From an uncultured bacterium (GTDB lineage Bacteria > Zixibacteria > MSB-5A5 > GN15 > FEB-12), in contig CAWGEP010000001.1 in NCBI GenBank assembly GCA_963821635.1, positions 311,601-375,600 on the forward strand: 64,000 bases of DNA. The letters are read 5' to 3'. A program made the translations under genes and the position numbers. Every line of letters starts with the position of its first letter. Position 1 is the first letter of the stretch. The notes under the pieces are model-generated. The model did not search any database. It worked only from the letters and a program-made list of their open reading frames with translations, and had not been told where the DNA came from. Positions 49,627 to 61,803 of the stretch are shown here, piece after piece.

Positions 49627-50444
49627 TTTTGGGTGAACCACGCGACGAAAGTGCTGCCGATTCCGAAACTGACCAGGCCGACGCCGATAAGAATGCACGA
49701 CCCGATCAACACTTTCATCAGGTCCTGTCCCTTCAACGCCCCCAGCAACAGCGGTTCATGCGAAAGATAGGCCGAGGCCGCATAAAGTTCCTCGCCCATG
49801 AGAGTATAATCACACGTTGCAATGAAGAACGGAATCTGCTCCGGCTCGGCCGTGCCGGCGATCTGAATCGAACCTGCCGCGTTGCCGGTCTCGGCGAGAA
49901 GCAGCGATTCGGCGTAAAATGCCCCCATGAAAATGTTGGCCGCCGGGTGGTCCCGCATCATTATTCCGTTAACGGCCGCCGCAAACGGCATCTGGTCCCC
50001 GGCGACATACCGGACCGTGTCCCGGTTGTACGCCTCTTTCTTCCCCATCTCCGTATAAGCCTGCTCGACCACTTCCTGTCCCGCCGCCAAAATCAGCGGA
50101 TATCGCACCGGCACCAGAAGCGGCGTCTCATACTGCGCGACAATCCGCGCCACCCGCCCCAAGATCGAGACTGCGGCAATCGTCTGAATGTCGTCCAGTT
50201 CCTGAAGCCCCGGAACAAACAGCACCGGCTTCCCCATCTCGGTGGCCCGGCCGACCGCCTCTTCCACCGCGTCCAAACCGGCAATTTTCCGGATAAACAG
50301 CTTCTTGCCGCTTCGCGCCCACCGGATATAGATGAGTATGATGATCGAGAACACCGACACCAGCACCAGGGCATTGATTCGGTCAGTGTTGAATAAGCCC
50401 TTCGCCGGCTCCTGTGCCAAAACGACTTGGGGCCAGGCCAACAT
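49623..50444 (-). CDS. Bitopic membrane protein with central soluble domain (operon gene 1, unknown function)
   Basis: An N-terminal TM segment, a soluble domain and C-terminal TM helices. Confidence 0.45.
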   Translation of the reverse strand: MLAWPQVVLAQEPAKGLFNTDRINALVLVSVFSIIILIYIRWARSGKKLFIRKIAGLDAVEEAVGRATEMGKPVLFVPGLQELDDIQTIAAVSILGRVARIVAQYETPLLVPVRYPLILAAGQEVVEQAYTEMGKKEAYNRDTVRYVAGDQMPFAAAVNGIMMRDHPAANIFMGAFYAESLLLAETGNAAGSIQIAGTAEPEQIPFFIATCDYTLMGEELYAASAYLSHEPLLLGALKGQDLMKVLIGSCILIGVGLVSFGIGSTFVAWFTQK

Positions 50445-50752
50445 CAGCCCCCCCGCCAGGAGACGTAGAACTCGCCGCCAATTTACAACCTGGATAGTGA
50501 GAGTTTCGTGGTCAGTGCGCTCAAATCAACCATTCAGAAGTAAAACAGAAACAAGATATAATCCTGATACGCGGCCACTGAACTTCTGTTCAACGCCGCC
50601 CTGCATTATCTCGTTCGAAAACGCAAATGTTGTGGCCCGGATAAATCAAGACCCCTGCGGCTGCAGGAGTCTTGGCGTTTGGGCAGTGACCGGTGTCGGT
50701 TTTCGGTCACCGGATATTTCGGCCGGCAAAAAATCCCGGCGAAGGCTCTAGG

Positions 50753-51820
50753 TCAGGTCGCCAGCGCCTTCTTCAAAGTCTCGATCGCCTCCACCGGAGT
50801 GGGGTCCGTATCGTTGATGACCGCCAGGTAGTACGAAGCAAAATCCCCGATCTGGATCAGGCTGAACATCCGCTCAAGCTTGGTCTCGCCGACCGAACGG
50901 ACTTCGATCACTTCGACTCCCTGCTTTTCGATGATCCCCTTCACGATATCCATGCGGCGGCTCACTTTGGGGTGGTCGTCGATATCTCTCAGAATGATCA
51001 CAATCAGGTTGTCCGTGTGCGGGCCGATCGGATCAGACCAACCCACCAGCTCGTTGTGATTGAATTCCGGGAAAGCGTTGGTAAACGCCATGTTCTTCCC
51101 GTTCTCGCACAACTGCCCTTTCCAGCGGATCCCCACCGTGTCGGTCAGGGTCGGCCCGGTATAGATAATTGGAATTCTCGCCGCGATCTTCTCGGCCAGC
51201 GTCTTGGAGATGTTCTTTTCCGTCGGGTTATCTTCGATGTATTCTTCGCGCTGCTTGAACAAGAGCTTGACCGTCGACTGGACTTCCTTGGCCATCCCCT
51301 TTACCAGCCCGATCTTTTCCATCAGCATCAAGACAGGCACGAAAGAATACCCGAGCGCCGCCCGCGGCTGTAACCCGGAAGGAAGAATTATCGTCGGGAT
51401 TTCGTTCAGCTTGGCGACTTCTTCCAGCAACCCGCCGGTCGTGATCGCCGCAATCTGGGCCTTGCGGGCCAGCGCGTCATCCAGCGCCTCGAGAGTCTCC
51501 TCGGTATTGCCGCTGTAAGACGAGGCAATCACCATGGTCTCGTCATCGACGAACTCCGGAAGCTTGTAATTCCGGCAGACATGGAACGGAACAACCAGCT
51601 TATCCCAAAGATATGACCGGACCAGATCGCCGCCGATGGCCGATCCACCCATTCCGATCACCACGATATTCTTGATATCGACAAAGTCACTCGGGCGAAT
51701 TCTCCAGCCGTCAGCCAGTTTCAGGGCCTCGGTCAACTGCTCCGGGAAATCGAAAATGCGATTATACATGTTGCCCGGGTCTACCGAGCGGATAGCTTCT
51801 ACGTCATCCAAGACTGACAA
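50753..51820 (-). CDS. Bifunctional phosphoglucose/phosphomannose isomerase (SIS domain)
   Basis: VIGMGGSAIGGDLVRSYL is an SIS motif. The size and architecture match archaeal-type PGI/PMI. Confidence 0.6.
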   Translation of the reverse strand: MSVLDDVEAIRSVDPGNMYNRIFDFPEQLTEALKLADGWRIRPSDFVDIKNIVVIGMGGSAIGGDLVRSYLWDKLVVPFHVCRNYKLPEFVDDETMVIASSYSGNTEETLEALDDALARKAQIAAITTGGLLEEVAKLNEIPTIILPSGLQPRAALGYSFVPVLMLMEKIGLVKGMAKEVQSTVKLLFKQREEYIEDNPTEKNISKTLAEKIAARIPIIYTGPTLTDTVGIRWKGQLCENGKNMAFTNAFPEFNHNELVGWSDPIGPHTDNLIVIILRDIDDHPKVSRRMDIVKGIIEKQGVEVIEVRSVGETKLERMFSLIQIGDFASYYLAVINDTDPTPVEAIETLKKALAT

Positions 51821-51850
51821 ATCGTGGTATCCTGTCGTTTAAAGGTTCGT

Positions 51851-53605
51851 CTACTGCTCCAGGGCCGCACGGAAACTCTCGAGGCGGCGGGTGACCGCAC
51901 CCACCGAGTTGCTCGCCATCACCGACCCCACCAGATGCTTTACCAACTGGGAATCGATCTTCCGCACCAGGCGGCACATATCAAAAATCTTGGCGGGGTT
52001 CATCGAGAGCTGCTCGACCCCCATGCCCATAAACAATGGGAGCGCAAGCAGATCCCCCGCGACCTCGCCGCATATAGATACGGGAATGCGATGCTTTTTA
52101 CAAGCATCCACCGTCATCTTAATCAAGTGTAGCACCGACGGATGGTACGAGCTGTAGAGCGATGCTACCCGCTCGTTGGTCCGATCGGCGGACATAGTAT
52201 ACTGCGTCAAGTCGTTCGTGCCAATAGATATAAAGTCCACTTTTGACGCAAATTGCTCCGCCATCAGGGCCGCCGACGGCACCTCGACCATGATCCCAAC
52301 CGGGATCTGGTCGTCAAATCCGATCCGCTCTCTTCGAAGCTCCAACTTGACCTGGGAAATCAGCTTCTGAGCCTTGTCGAACTCGCAGATATCCGAGATC
52401 ATCGGCAGCATAATCTTGAGATTCTTCCGTCCCGAAGCTCTTAACATGGCCCGTATCTGCGCCTTGAACACGTCCGGCATCTCCAGCATCGACCTGATTC
52501 CCCGCCAACCCAGGGCCGGATTGGATTCATGTATCAGGCTTTCCGTCCCGGGCCTCATCTTGTCTGAGCCGAGATCGAATGTCCGGAGTATCACGGTCGT
52601 CGAGGCAAACTTTTCCGCTATTCGCGCGAAATACTCGTATTGGGACTGCTCGTCCGGAAAATCCTCCGATTCCAGATACAAAAACTCCGTGCGATAAAGC
52701 CCAACCGGGATCTTCTGCTCCGCCAAAATGTCGTCGATCGGCCCCGGAAGTTCCAAATTAGCCGCTATCGACATCGGCTTCCCGTCCGCCGTCAGCGGCG
52801 GATATTGCGTGAGCTTGCGAATTCTGGTGATCGTCGCCGGCCCCTGGCGCTTTTTGAGCCGCTGGAATTCTGACCAGTCTTCGTCCGTCGGATTAATGAT
52901 AATCTGCCCGCTCGTCCCGTCGACTACCACCCGACAATTAGGAGTGACCTGCGTCCAGGCTGACTCCGCCACCACCACCGGTATCATGAGGGACCGTGCG
53001 ATCAGCGCCATATGCGAGTCCCGTCCCCCTTCGGCGACCAAAAATCCGGCCACTTTTCTGTTTCGATAACTGAGCACCTGCCCAGGGGTGAAGGATTTCC
53101 CCACCAATATCGTGTCCGGCGGAAAATCAATGATCTCTTCTCCGGCCCGGCCGCCGAGCCGGACGATCACTTTGTGGGCGACTGCTTCAATATCTACCGC
53201 CATTTGGCGAAGATATTCATCCGGCGACTGCTTCAACGGCAGGGTGGTCTTTTCGACCAGCGAACTATAGACATGCGCCGCGTTCCGGCGTTGCTCGATA
53301 ATCTTCTCTTTGACCAGCTTGATAAACTCGTAGTCCCCCGCCATCATAAGCTGGGCATCGAAAATCTTGGCCACCGGGCCAGCCAGCTTTTTGCCGGCTG
53401 CTTCGCGAAGTTCCCGCAGCTCAGCCATGGTGTCAGCCACCGCCCGCTCCAGCGAATCAATCTCGGCTTGGATTTTGTTCGGAGGGATGGCGAACTCGGC
53501 GACCCGAGTCTCCCCCGGCAGAAGCACTAGCGCCCGCCCGAGGGCAATGCCCGATGAAACCGGAACGCCTTTAATTAATCGCCGTGTTATTCGTATCATA
53601 ACCAC
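51851..53605 (-). CDS. ptsI: Phosphoenolpyruvate-protein phosphotransferase (PTS Enzyme I)
   Basis: GGRDSHMALIARSLMIPVVV contains the active-site His region. C-terminal PEP-utilising TIM barrel. Confidence 0.85.
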   Translation of the reverse strand: MVMIRITRRLIKGVPVSSGIALGRALVLLPGETRVAEFAIPPNKIQAEIDSLERAVADTMAELRELREAAGKKLAGPVAKIFDAQLMMAGDYEFIKLVKEKIIEQRRNAAHVYSSLVEKTTLPLKQSPDEYLRQMAVDIEAVAHKVIVRLGGRAGEEIIDFPPDTILVGKSFTPGQVLSYRNRKVAGFLVAEGGRDSHMALIARSLMIPVVVAESAWTQVTPNCRVVVDGTSGQIIINPTDEDWSEFQRLKKRQGPATITRIRKLTQYPPLTADGKPMSIAANLELPGPIDDILAEQKIPVGLYRTEFLYLESEDFPDEQSQYEYFARIAEKFASTTVILRTFDLGSDKMRPGTESLIHESNPALGWRGIRSMLEMPDVFKAQIRAMLRASGRKNLKIMLPMISDICEFDKAQKLISQVKLELRRERIGFDDQIPVGIMVEVPSAALMAEQFASKVDFISIGTNDLTQYTMSADRTNERVASLYSSYHPSVLHLIKMTVDACKKHRIPVSICGEVAGDLLALPLFMGMGVEQLSMNPAKIFDMCRLVRKIDSQLVKHLVGSVMASNSVGAVTRRLESFRAALEQ

Positions 53606-53667
53606 CTAGCGGAGTTCAACTGTCGCAACAAGATAGACCGGCTCAACTCCCGGCCGCAAGATTAATG

Positions 53668-53933
53668 TCACTCCGGCTCCCCAAAGCGCGACTCAATCAC
53701 TTTGACCAGCTCCTCCATCGCCACTTGCTCGTCCGGGCCGTCACATTCGATCAAAAGCTCTGAGCCCATTTCGGCCGCGAGCATCATGACCCCTAGGATC
53801 GATTTGCCGTTAACGCGAAGTCCGTTTTTGGTGAAATACACTTCGGCCTGGTGCTTGGCCGCGACTGTCACCAGCATGGCCGATGGTCGAGCGTGCAGTC
53901 CGAGCTTGTTGACGATTCTGGCGGTGCGAGCAA

Positions 53934-53937
<4 letters not shown>
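53668..53937 (-). CDS. ptsH: Phosphocarrier protein HPr
   Basis: GLHARPSAMLV (His15 context) and GKSILGVMML (Ser46 region). Confidence 0.85.
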
Positions 53938-56752
<2,815 letters not shown>

Positions 56753-56775
56753 GCTTTGTTCGGCAAAGTTTCCCC

Positions 56776-57711
56776 ATGATCCTGGCTATCGGCAATCCCG
56801 TTTACGATTATATCAAGACCCCGCGCGTCGACACCCAACACCGCATCCTCTCCGGCTGCTCCACCAATGCCGCCCTCGCGCTCGCTAAATTGGGCAAGGA
56901 GGTCAAACTGGTCGGCTCAATCGGTGTTGACTATCTCGAGCTCTTTGCCGAGGATCTCAAACGGTTCCATATTCAATCCGAGGTCACGCTCTCCAAAGAA
57001 ACCGGCGGGTTTTCCCTCGTCTATTTTGACAATTTCGGAAACCGCACACTCGATCTGCTCGGCCGCGCCTCCAACATCGCCGACCTGCCGCCCACGCTCT
57101 ATTCCGGCGCCGAAGTGATCCTGATCGGCCCAATCCTTGGAGAAATCTCACACTCTCAGATTCGCGAAATTCGCCGGAACTACAGCGGCCTCTTCTTCTG
57201 TGACCCTCAGGGGCTGCTTCGCACGGTCGATCGCGAAAACCGCATCCATCACGAGAAAGTCCCGGGGATCGAAGAAATCCTCGGTCTGTTTGATATTGTC
57301 AAACCAAACGAACTCGAGGCCCAGATTCTCACCGGTGTAGACTGCCGGAAGGATCCGTACGAAGCTGCTCGCATCATCAAGTCCTGGGGCCCTAAGATCG
57401 CCATTGTTACTCTGGCTGAACTTGGTTCGATTATCTACGACGGCTCGCAATTCATCAACATTCCCCCTTATGAGATCGATCTGATCGATGCCACCGGCGC
57501 CGGCGACACCTATATGGCGGGCTTCACGTTTGAGTATCTGAAAACCGGCGGTGATCTCTTTAAGTCCGGATGCTTTGCCTCAGCTACCTCTTCGATCATG
57601 ATCGAGCAGGTCGGCCCGGATTTTGTGATGACCGAAGCTGCCATCCGACTTCGGCAAACCAAGCTCCTGAACATTTCCGATTTCCGCCCCGCCGTCACCG
57701 TAAATCAGTAG
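56776..57711 (+). CDS. PfkB family carbohydrate kinase
   Basis: DATGAGDTYMAGF is the PfkB signature 2. Confidence 0.7.
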   Translation: MILAIGNPVYDYIKTPRVDTQHRILSGCSTNAALALAKLGKEVKLVGSIGVDYLELFAEDLKRFHIQSEVTLSKETGGFSLVYFDNFGNRTLDLLGRASNIADLPPTLYSGAEVILIGPILGEISHSQIREIRRNYSGLFFCDPQGLLRTVDRENRIHHEKVPGIEEILGLFDIVKPNELEAQILTGVDCRKDPYEAARIIKSWGPKIAIVTLAELGSIIYDGSQFINIPPYEIDLIDATGAGDTYMAGFTFEYLKTGGDLFKSGCFASATSSIMIEQVGPDFVMTEAAIRLRQTKLLNISDFRPAVTVNQ

Positions 57712-57788
57712 CCCGCCCAACGGGTGCGGAATTGGGGTTGCTCTTCGGCCTGCCCATGCTCCTCGGCCCCATAGCACAAGCCGTTCCC

Positions 57789-57847
57789 CGCCTCCCCGTC
57801 ATTGCGAAGAGCGAGACGAGCCGAAGGCGAAGTCGAGCGGCGTGGCA
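57789..57847 (+). repeat. Dispersed repeat element (GTCATTGCGAAG...GTGGCAATCTCAG)
   Basis: Member of the GTCATTGCGAG / GCAATCTG family. Confidence 0.6.
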
Positions 57848-57852
57848 ATCTC

Positions 57853-57898
57853 AGTTCCGCCGTCATTCCGAGCCCCCGAAGGGGGCGTGGGAATCTGT
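57853..57898 (+). repeat. Dispersed repeat element GTCATTCCGAG-CCCCCGAAGGGGGC-GTGGGAATCTG with internal hairpin
   Basis: The end-motifs flank the perfect hairpin GCCCCCGAAGGGGGC. Confidence 0.65.
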
Positions 57899-58045
57899 CA
57901 ACCGAACCAATTATGTGCCTTGGATTCTCAGCACAACTTCCGTTCTGAATGGACGAAGCGGCCAACCGACACTGTCGGCGGGAACTCCCTCCCCCTTTCA
58001 CCGTTATATTAGTCCACAAAACGATAATTGACTATTGGAGATACT

Positions 58046-58612
58046 ATGCCCGATTCCATCTTCTTCCGCCGCGAATCCAAACGCTCCTATCTCTCCACAC
58101 CGGTTGAGCAGGACAAGCTCGATCGCATTTTTGAAAAAGTCCGGTGGTCCCCTTCCTGCAGCAACAACCAACCCTGGAAATTTGTGGTCGTTCGTGATCC
58201 CGGACAGCATGCCAAATTCATGACCGCTCTTACGAGAGGGAACCAGTATGCGGCCGCCGCCCCCGTCTTGATCGCGGTCTGCTCCCGCCCCCAGGATGAT
58301 TACATCCGCACTGATGATCCGGTTCAATACTATTCGCTCGGCTGCGGCTTGGCGGTAATGTCGCTGCTGTTAGCGGCGGTCGAAGAGGGTCTCATGGGGC
58401 ATCCGATGGCCGGCTACGACGCCATTAAGCTGAAAGCGCAACTGGATATTCCGTCGGAATATCACCTGATGTGCATCATTTCTCTCGGCTACAAAGGCCC
58501 GATTGAGTTGCTCGATGATCGCACTCGCAAGAACGACGAAGCCCCCCGCACCCGCAAACCGATCGACCAGATTCTCTCCTACGACCGCTTCTCCTTTCCA
58601 GTTCCAAAGTAG
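58046..58612 (+). CDS. Nitroreductase family protein
   Basis: The RRESKRSYLSTPV...WSPSCSNNQPWKFVVV fold has the nitroreductase Ser/Asn-Gln-Pro-Trp motif. Confidence 0.7.
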   Translation: MPDSIFFRRESKRSYLSTPVEQDKLDRIFEKVRWSPSCSNNQPWKFVVVRDPGQHAKFMTALTRGNQYAAAAPVLIAVCSRPQDDYIRTDDPVQYYSLGCGLAVMSLLLAAVEEGLMGHPMAGYDAIKLKAQLDIPSEYHLMCIISLGYKGPIELLDDRTRKNDEAPRTRKPIDQILSYDRFSFPVPK

Positions 58613-58773
58613 GTCGGACCCCCGTCGAATTCTTCATCATCTTGGGGCCCGACATTCTCTGCATTCAGGCCGTTGCAGGCGCTGTCATCCCCTTCATGGT
58701 CTCGTCACACCGCAGTAGTCTGACGGAAAGGCCGACATTCCAAGCCTCGATCGGGCATCCCGATCCCCGGTCT

Positions 58774-58802
58774 GTCATCCCGAGCGCAGTCGAGGGATGA
58801 AC
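58774..58802 (+). repeat. Repeat module GTCATCCCGAGCGCAGTCGAGGGATGAAC (28/29 identical to 42191..42219)
   Basis: Near-exact 29-bp match to the inner module of the repeat at 42171. Confidence 0.65.
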
Positions 58803-58925
58803 TGCGCGGGGCGTCGCTGCTTCATGAGCGACCACAGGTAACCTCTGTCCTTTTCCAGTCCCCCACTTTCCTCTTGACCACTTTTCCCCGGCAACATATA
58901 CTAAAGCAACAGAAAGGGGAGTACG

Positions 58926-60518
58926 ATGTCTACTCTGCGTCAGATTTCCAACACTTGTCTCTTGATCGCTGTCCTTCCGCTCACCACTTTCGCCGCCTCC
59001 GACACAACAACCTTCAAAGTCGACAGCTACATCCCGGTGCTGTTCAAGGATACCCGCTGGACTATCGGCGGAAATCTCGATCTGCAAGGATCTACCGACC
59101 ACACTGGCCCGGATAAAAACTATTCCTTTATAGATCGCGGTTCCGATTACCGGAATCAGAACCTGTCTCTGACTTCGCAATGGCAGCGTCGGCATTTCAC
59201 GCTCAAGGAGGAACAAACTGACGCTCTGGGTCTGAGTGCGACCTATTCGGGCAATCACACTGCCTCCGCCGGACACCCTTTTTACTATGGCGGTCAGCCC
59301 GAGACGACCTCTGATTCAAAATTGGATCAATACTCTGTTCGACTCCAATACTCCGGTGAAGACCTCAATTATCTCTTCGGCCGGTTCTTCTATTCGGCGG
59401 ATGCTACGGGAGATCTTTCCATCAATCGAACCCCGAATGATGACCATTCCCAATACTCCCAGAGTTACCTTCCCTCTCCTGACCTCATGGCCATTCTCTA
59501 TCAGGTTCAGCACGGCCGCTCGGAGCGCAATGCGGCCTCGGATCAGTTCAGGGCCACAGCTGAACTCGGCGCCGGCTGGGGGAGAATCTATCTTGGGAAT
59601 TACGCGGCAACTGCCCTCTACATGATCAATGAACTGCGAAGTCACGCCATGCTGACCAAGGAACCCGATTTCAAGCTGCTTGACAGCCTCACCGAGATAA
59701 TCTACCAAAACCGCCTTAAACACGTGGTCGACAGTCGGCTGCATCGGATCGAGGCGCTGGCAGAGGTCACAGAGTACCTAAAATCTCACGGGGTGGTCGA
59801 TGCTTCCACTCCGATGGTCTCCGTTTATTTGCAGGATGTGTGGGATTATTTCCCGCGCGATGACCGCCCCTTCGGAATCCGCTCCAGGCTTATCATCGGG
59901 GCTCGCCGTAATCACACCTGGTCGGCTTTCGGATCGACCGACACCTATGCAGACACGTCGATAAGCACTGAGATCAATCCCCCGTTCAATGCGGATACGA
60001 CGACCGATGGGTACTCGGTCGTGAGTTCCACCCATTCGACCAATGATTGCCTCTCCCCCTACCTGAGAGCTTTGTTGGAGTTTGAAAAGCCGGTGAGTCT
60101 GCGGACCCAGTTTTCAGCCTCGCTGGATGGCCATCTCTATACTAATTCAAAAGTCGATGAAGACGGCTGGACCACCCACTATTCATCCGATTACGATCTG
60201 ATCTCCAGCGTCGCATTGGACTACATAATTGATTCCCGTTCCAGAGTCGGGTTTCTTGCCTCCGCAAGCTGCAACTCCCAGAAGGAGTCTCGGCGCCTCG
60301 ATGGTCCCGGAGAGAACCCCGAAACCGTGTCCCGCTATTACGAATTTAGATACACATTGTCGGCTTCCGCCACCTATCGCCTCAACATCCCCACATCTCT
60401 AAACCTTGTGGCTTCGTATGACGACGGCCGGTCGGAATACCCTAATTGGGATTACCGCTCCAATTTCAACTCCAGTCATTACTCTCTTTCGGCCTCCATC
60501 AATCATTACATATATTAG
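58926..60518 (+). CDS. Putative outer-membrane beta-barrel protein (unknown family)
   Basis: Signal peptide, alternating hydrophobic strands and a C-terminal aromatic (…HYIY). 530 aa. Confidence 0.45.
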   Translation: MSTLRQISNTCLLIAVLPLTTFAASDTTTFKVDSYIPVLFKDTRWTIGGNLDLQGSTDHTGPDKNYSFIDRGSDYRNQNLSLTSQWQRRHFTLKEEQTDALGLSATYSGNHTASAGHPFYYGGQPETTSDSKLDQYSVRLQYSGEDLNYLFGRFFYSADATGDLSINRTPNDDHSQYSQSYLPSPDLMAILYQVQHGRSERNAASDQFRATAELGAGWGRIYLGNYAATALYMINELRSHAMLTKEPDFKLLDSLTEIIYQNRLKHVVDSRLHRIEALAEVTEYLKSHGVVDASTPMVSVYLQDVWDYFPRDDRPFGIRSRLIIGARRNHTWSAFGSTDTYADTSISTEINPPFNADTTTDGYSVVSSTHSTNDCLSPYLRALLEFEKPVSLRTQFSASLDGHLYTNSKVDEDGWTTHYSSDYDLISSVALDYIIDSRSRVGFLASASCNSQKESRRLDGPGENPETVSRYYEFRYTLSASATYRLNIPTSLNLVASYDDGRSEYPNWDYRSNFNSSHYSLSASINHYIY

Positions 60519-60521
60519 CTC

Positions 60522-60860
60522 ATGACCACTATTGACTACACTGACTTCGAAAAGGTCGATATCCGCGTCGGCAAAATTATCGAAATTCTCGATTTCGAGC
60601 GCGCCCGCATCCCGGCCTACAAATTGAAAATCGATCTCGGCCCGGAAATCGGCATTAAACAGACTTCCGCCCGCTTCAAAGCCGACTACACCCCCGACCA
60701 GCTTCTGAATCGCCAGTGTTTATGTGTGGTGAATTTCCCGCCGAAAAATATCGGCGGGTTTATGTCCGAAGTTCTCATGCTGGGGGTCCCCCGCCCCGGC
60801 GGCGGCATTATCCTCGTCTCTCCCGAATCCGAAGCCGAACTCGGCGGAAGGCTGTATTAG
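60522..60860 (+). CDS. tRNA-binding protein (CsaA/Trbp111-like OB-fold)
   Basis: FEKVDIRVGKIIEI...KLKIDLG...CVVNFPPKNIGG is typical of the Myf/CsaA tRNA-binding domain. Confidence 0.65.
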   Translation: MTTIDYTDFEKVDIRVGKIIEILDFERARIPAYKLKIDLGPEIGIKQTSARFKADYTPDQLLNRQCLCVVNFPPKNIGGFMSEVLMLGVPRPGGGIILVSPESEAELGGRLY

Positions 60861-61007
60861 GATTTTGCAATTGGTGGCCCACCCTTCAGGGTGGGTTAAA
60901 GTTCACTCCCCCCAACCGCGTACCTGCATTAGACACCCCTGGTAGGTCGGGCCGAACCTCCGGTTTTGAACAGGAGTGAGTGCCCGACAGATCTATTTCT
61001 TTCCATC

Positions 61008-61055
61008 GTCATTGCGAGGAGTCCCCGCTTGTAGCGGGGGCGACGTGGCAATCTG
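61008..61055 (+). repeat. Dispersed repeat element GTCATTGCGAGG-AGTCCCCGCTTGTAGCGGGGGCGAC-GTGGCAATCTG with internal hairpin
   Basis: Family end-motifs with a GC-rich stem-loop. Confidence 0.65.
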
Positions 61056-61137
61056 TCACCTGGGCCAATCACACTCTCGATGTTATCAGCACCCGCTCAC
61101 TTGAGAATTCGCGAAGCAACCAAGTGACACTGTCGTC

Positions 61138-61617
61138 TCAATCAAACTCGTACTCCGGCTTCGGCGGCGTCTGCTCAAATCCCACCCGCCCGATCACTAT
61201 CTCTGCTCGCGCATAACTCTCCCCTTTCATGGGAGAACCGTGAAGCCTCCTGAGCATCGCAATCTGCCCGGTGTGCGTCAAGGCATCCGCAATCGGCCCC
61301 TGAAATACTTTCGTCAACTCCGCCTTAATCGGAAGCCCTGAGGCCAGGTAATCATCGAATTTCTTCAGCGCTGCAAAGAACCGCGCCACCTCTTTATCCC
61401 AGGTCTGGGGCGTGGCTGAGTTCCATTTCGGCTCCCCTTTCAACATCGTCAACCCCCAGTCAAACAGATCCCCCATATGCGCCACAATCTGAAGCGGCGT
61501 TTTGGTGCTCGGTCCCGCCTTGAATTCGGCGAACAGTGCCGGCGCCGTCCGCATGGTTTTCCCCGCACGATACGCTAATGTCGCCAGGGTGTGCCTGATC
61601 ATCTCCAAATCGGTCAT
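61138..61617 (-). CDS. DinB/YfiT-like (DinB_2) four-helix-bundle metal-binding protein
   Basis: HTLATLAYRAGK ... IVAHMGDLFDWGL ... ALTHTGQIAMLRR is a DinB-family His-containing helical bundle. Confidence 0.45.
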   Translation of the reverse strand: MTDLEMIRHTLATLAYRAGKTMRTAPALFAEFKAGPSTKTPLQIVAHMGDLFDWGLTMLKGEPKWNSATPQTWDKEVARFFAALKKFDDYLASGLPIKAELTKVFQGPIADALTHTGQIAMLRRLHGSPMKGESYARAEIVIGRVGFEQTPPKPEYEFD

Positions 61618-61803
61618 ACCATATTCCTCTGAATCGAGAGTCCGCCAGTTCCCAATAAATTAGCAGGTTTCAGTTCTGGTACAATCTCTTTCTAGAGCGC
61701 CGCGTCGCGTGCCCCCGCAGCCGCTTGACATTATTGGGTTAGGCGCTACTTTTGCGGGTGGCACACCGTCTGAAAAGGCCGCGCTTTGGGGAATGACCGC
61801 GCT

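Noticed and set aside
50660-50720. Hairpin GTGACCG-N11-CGGTCAC as terminator
   Set aside because: There is no U-tract on either strand. It may be a structural element, but it is not a canonical intrinsic terminator.
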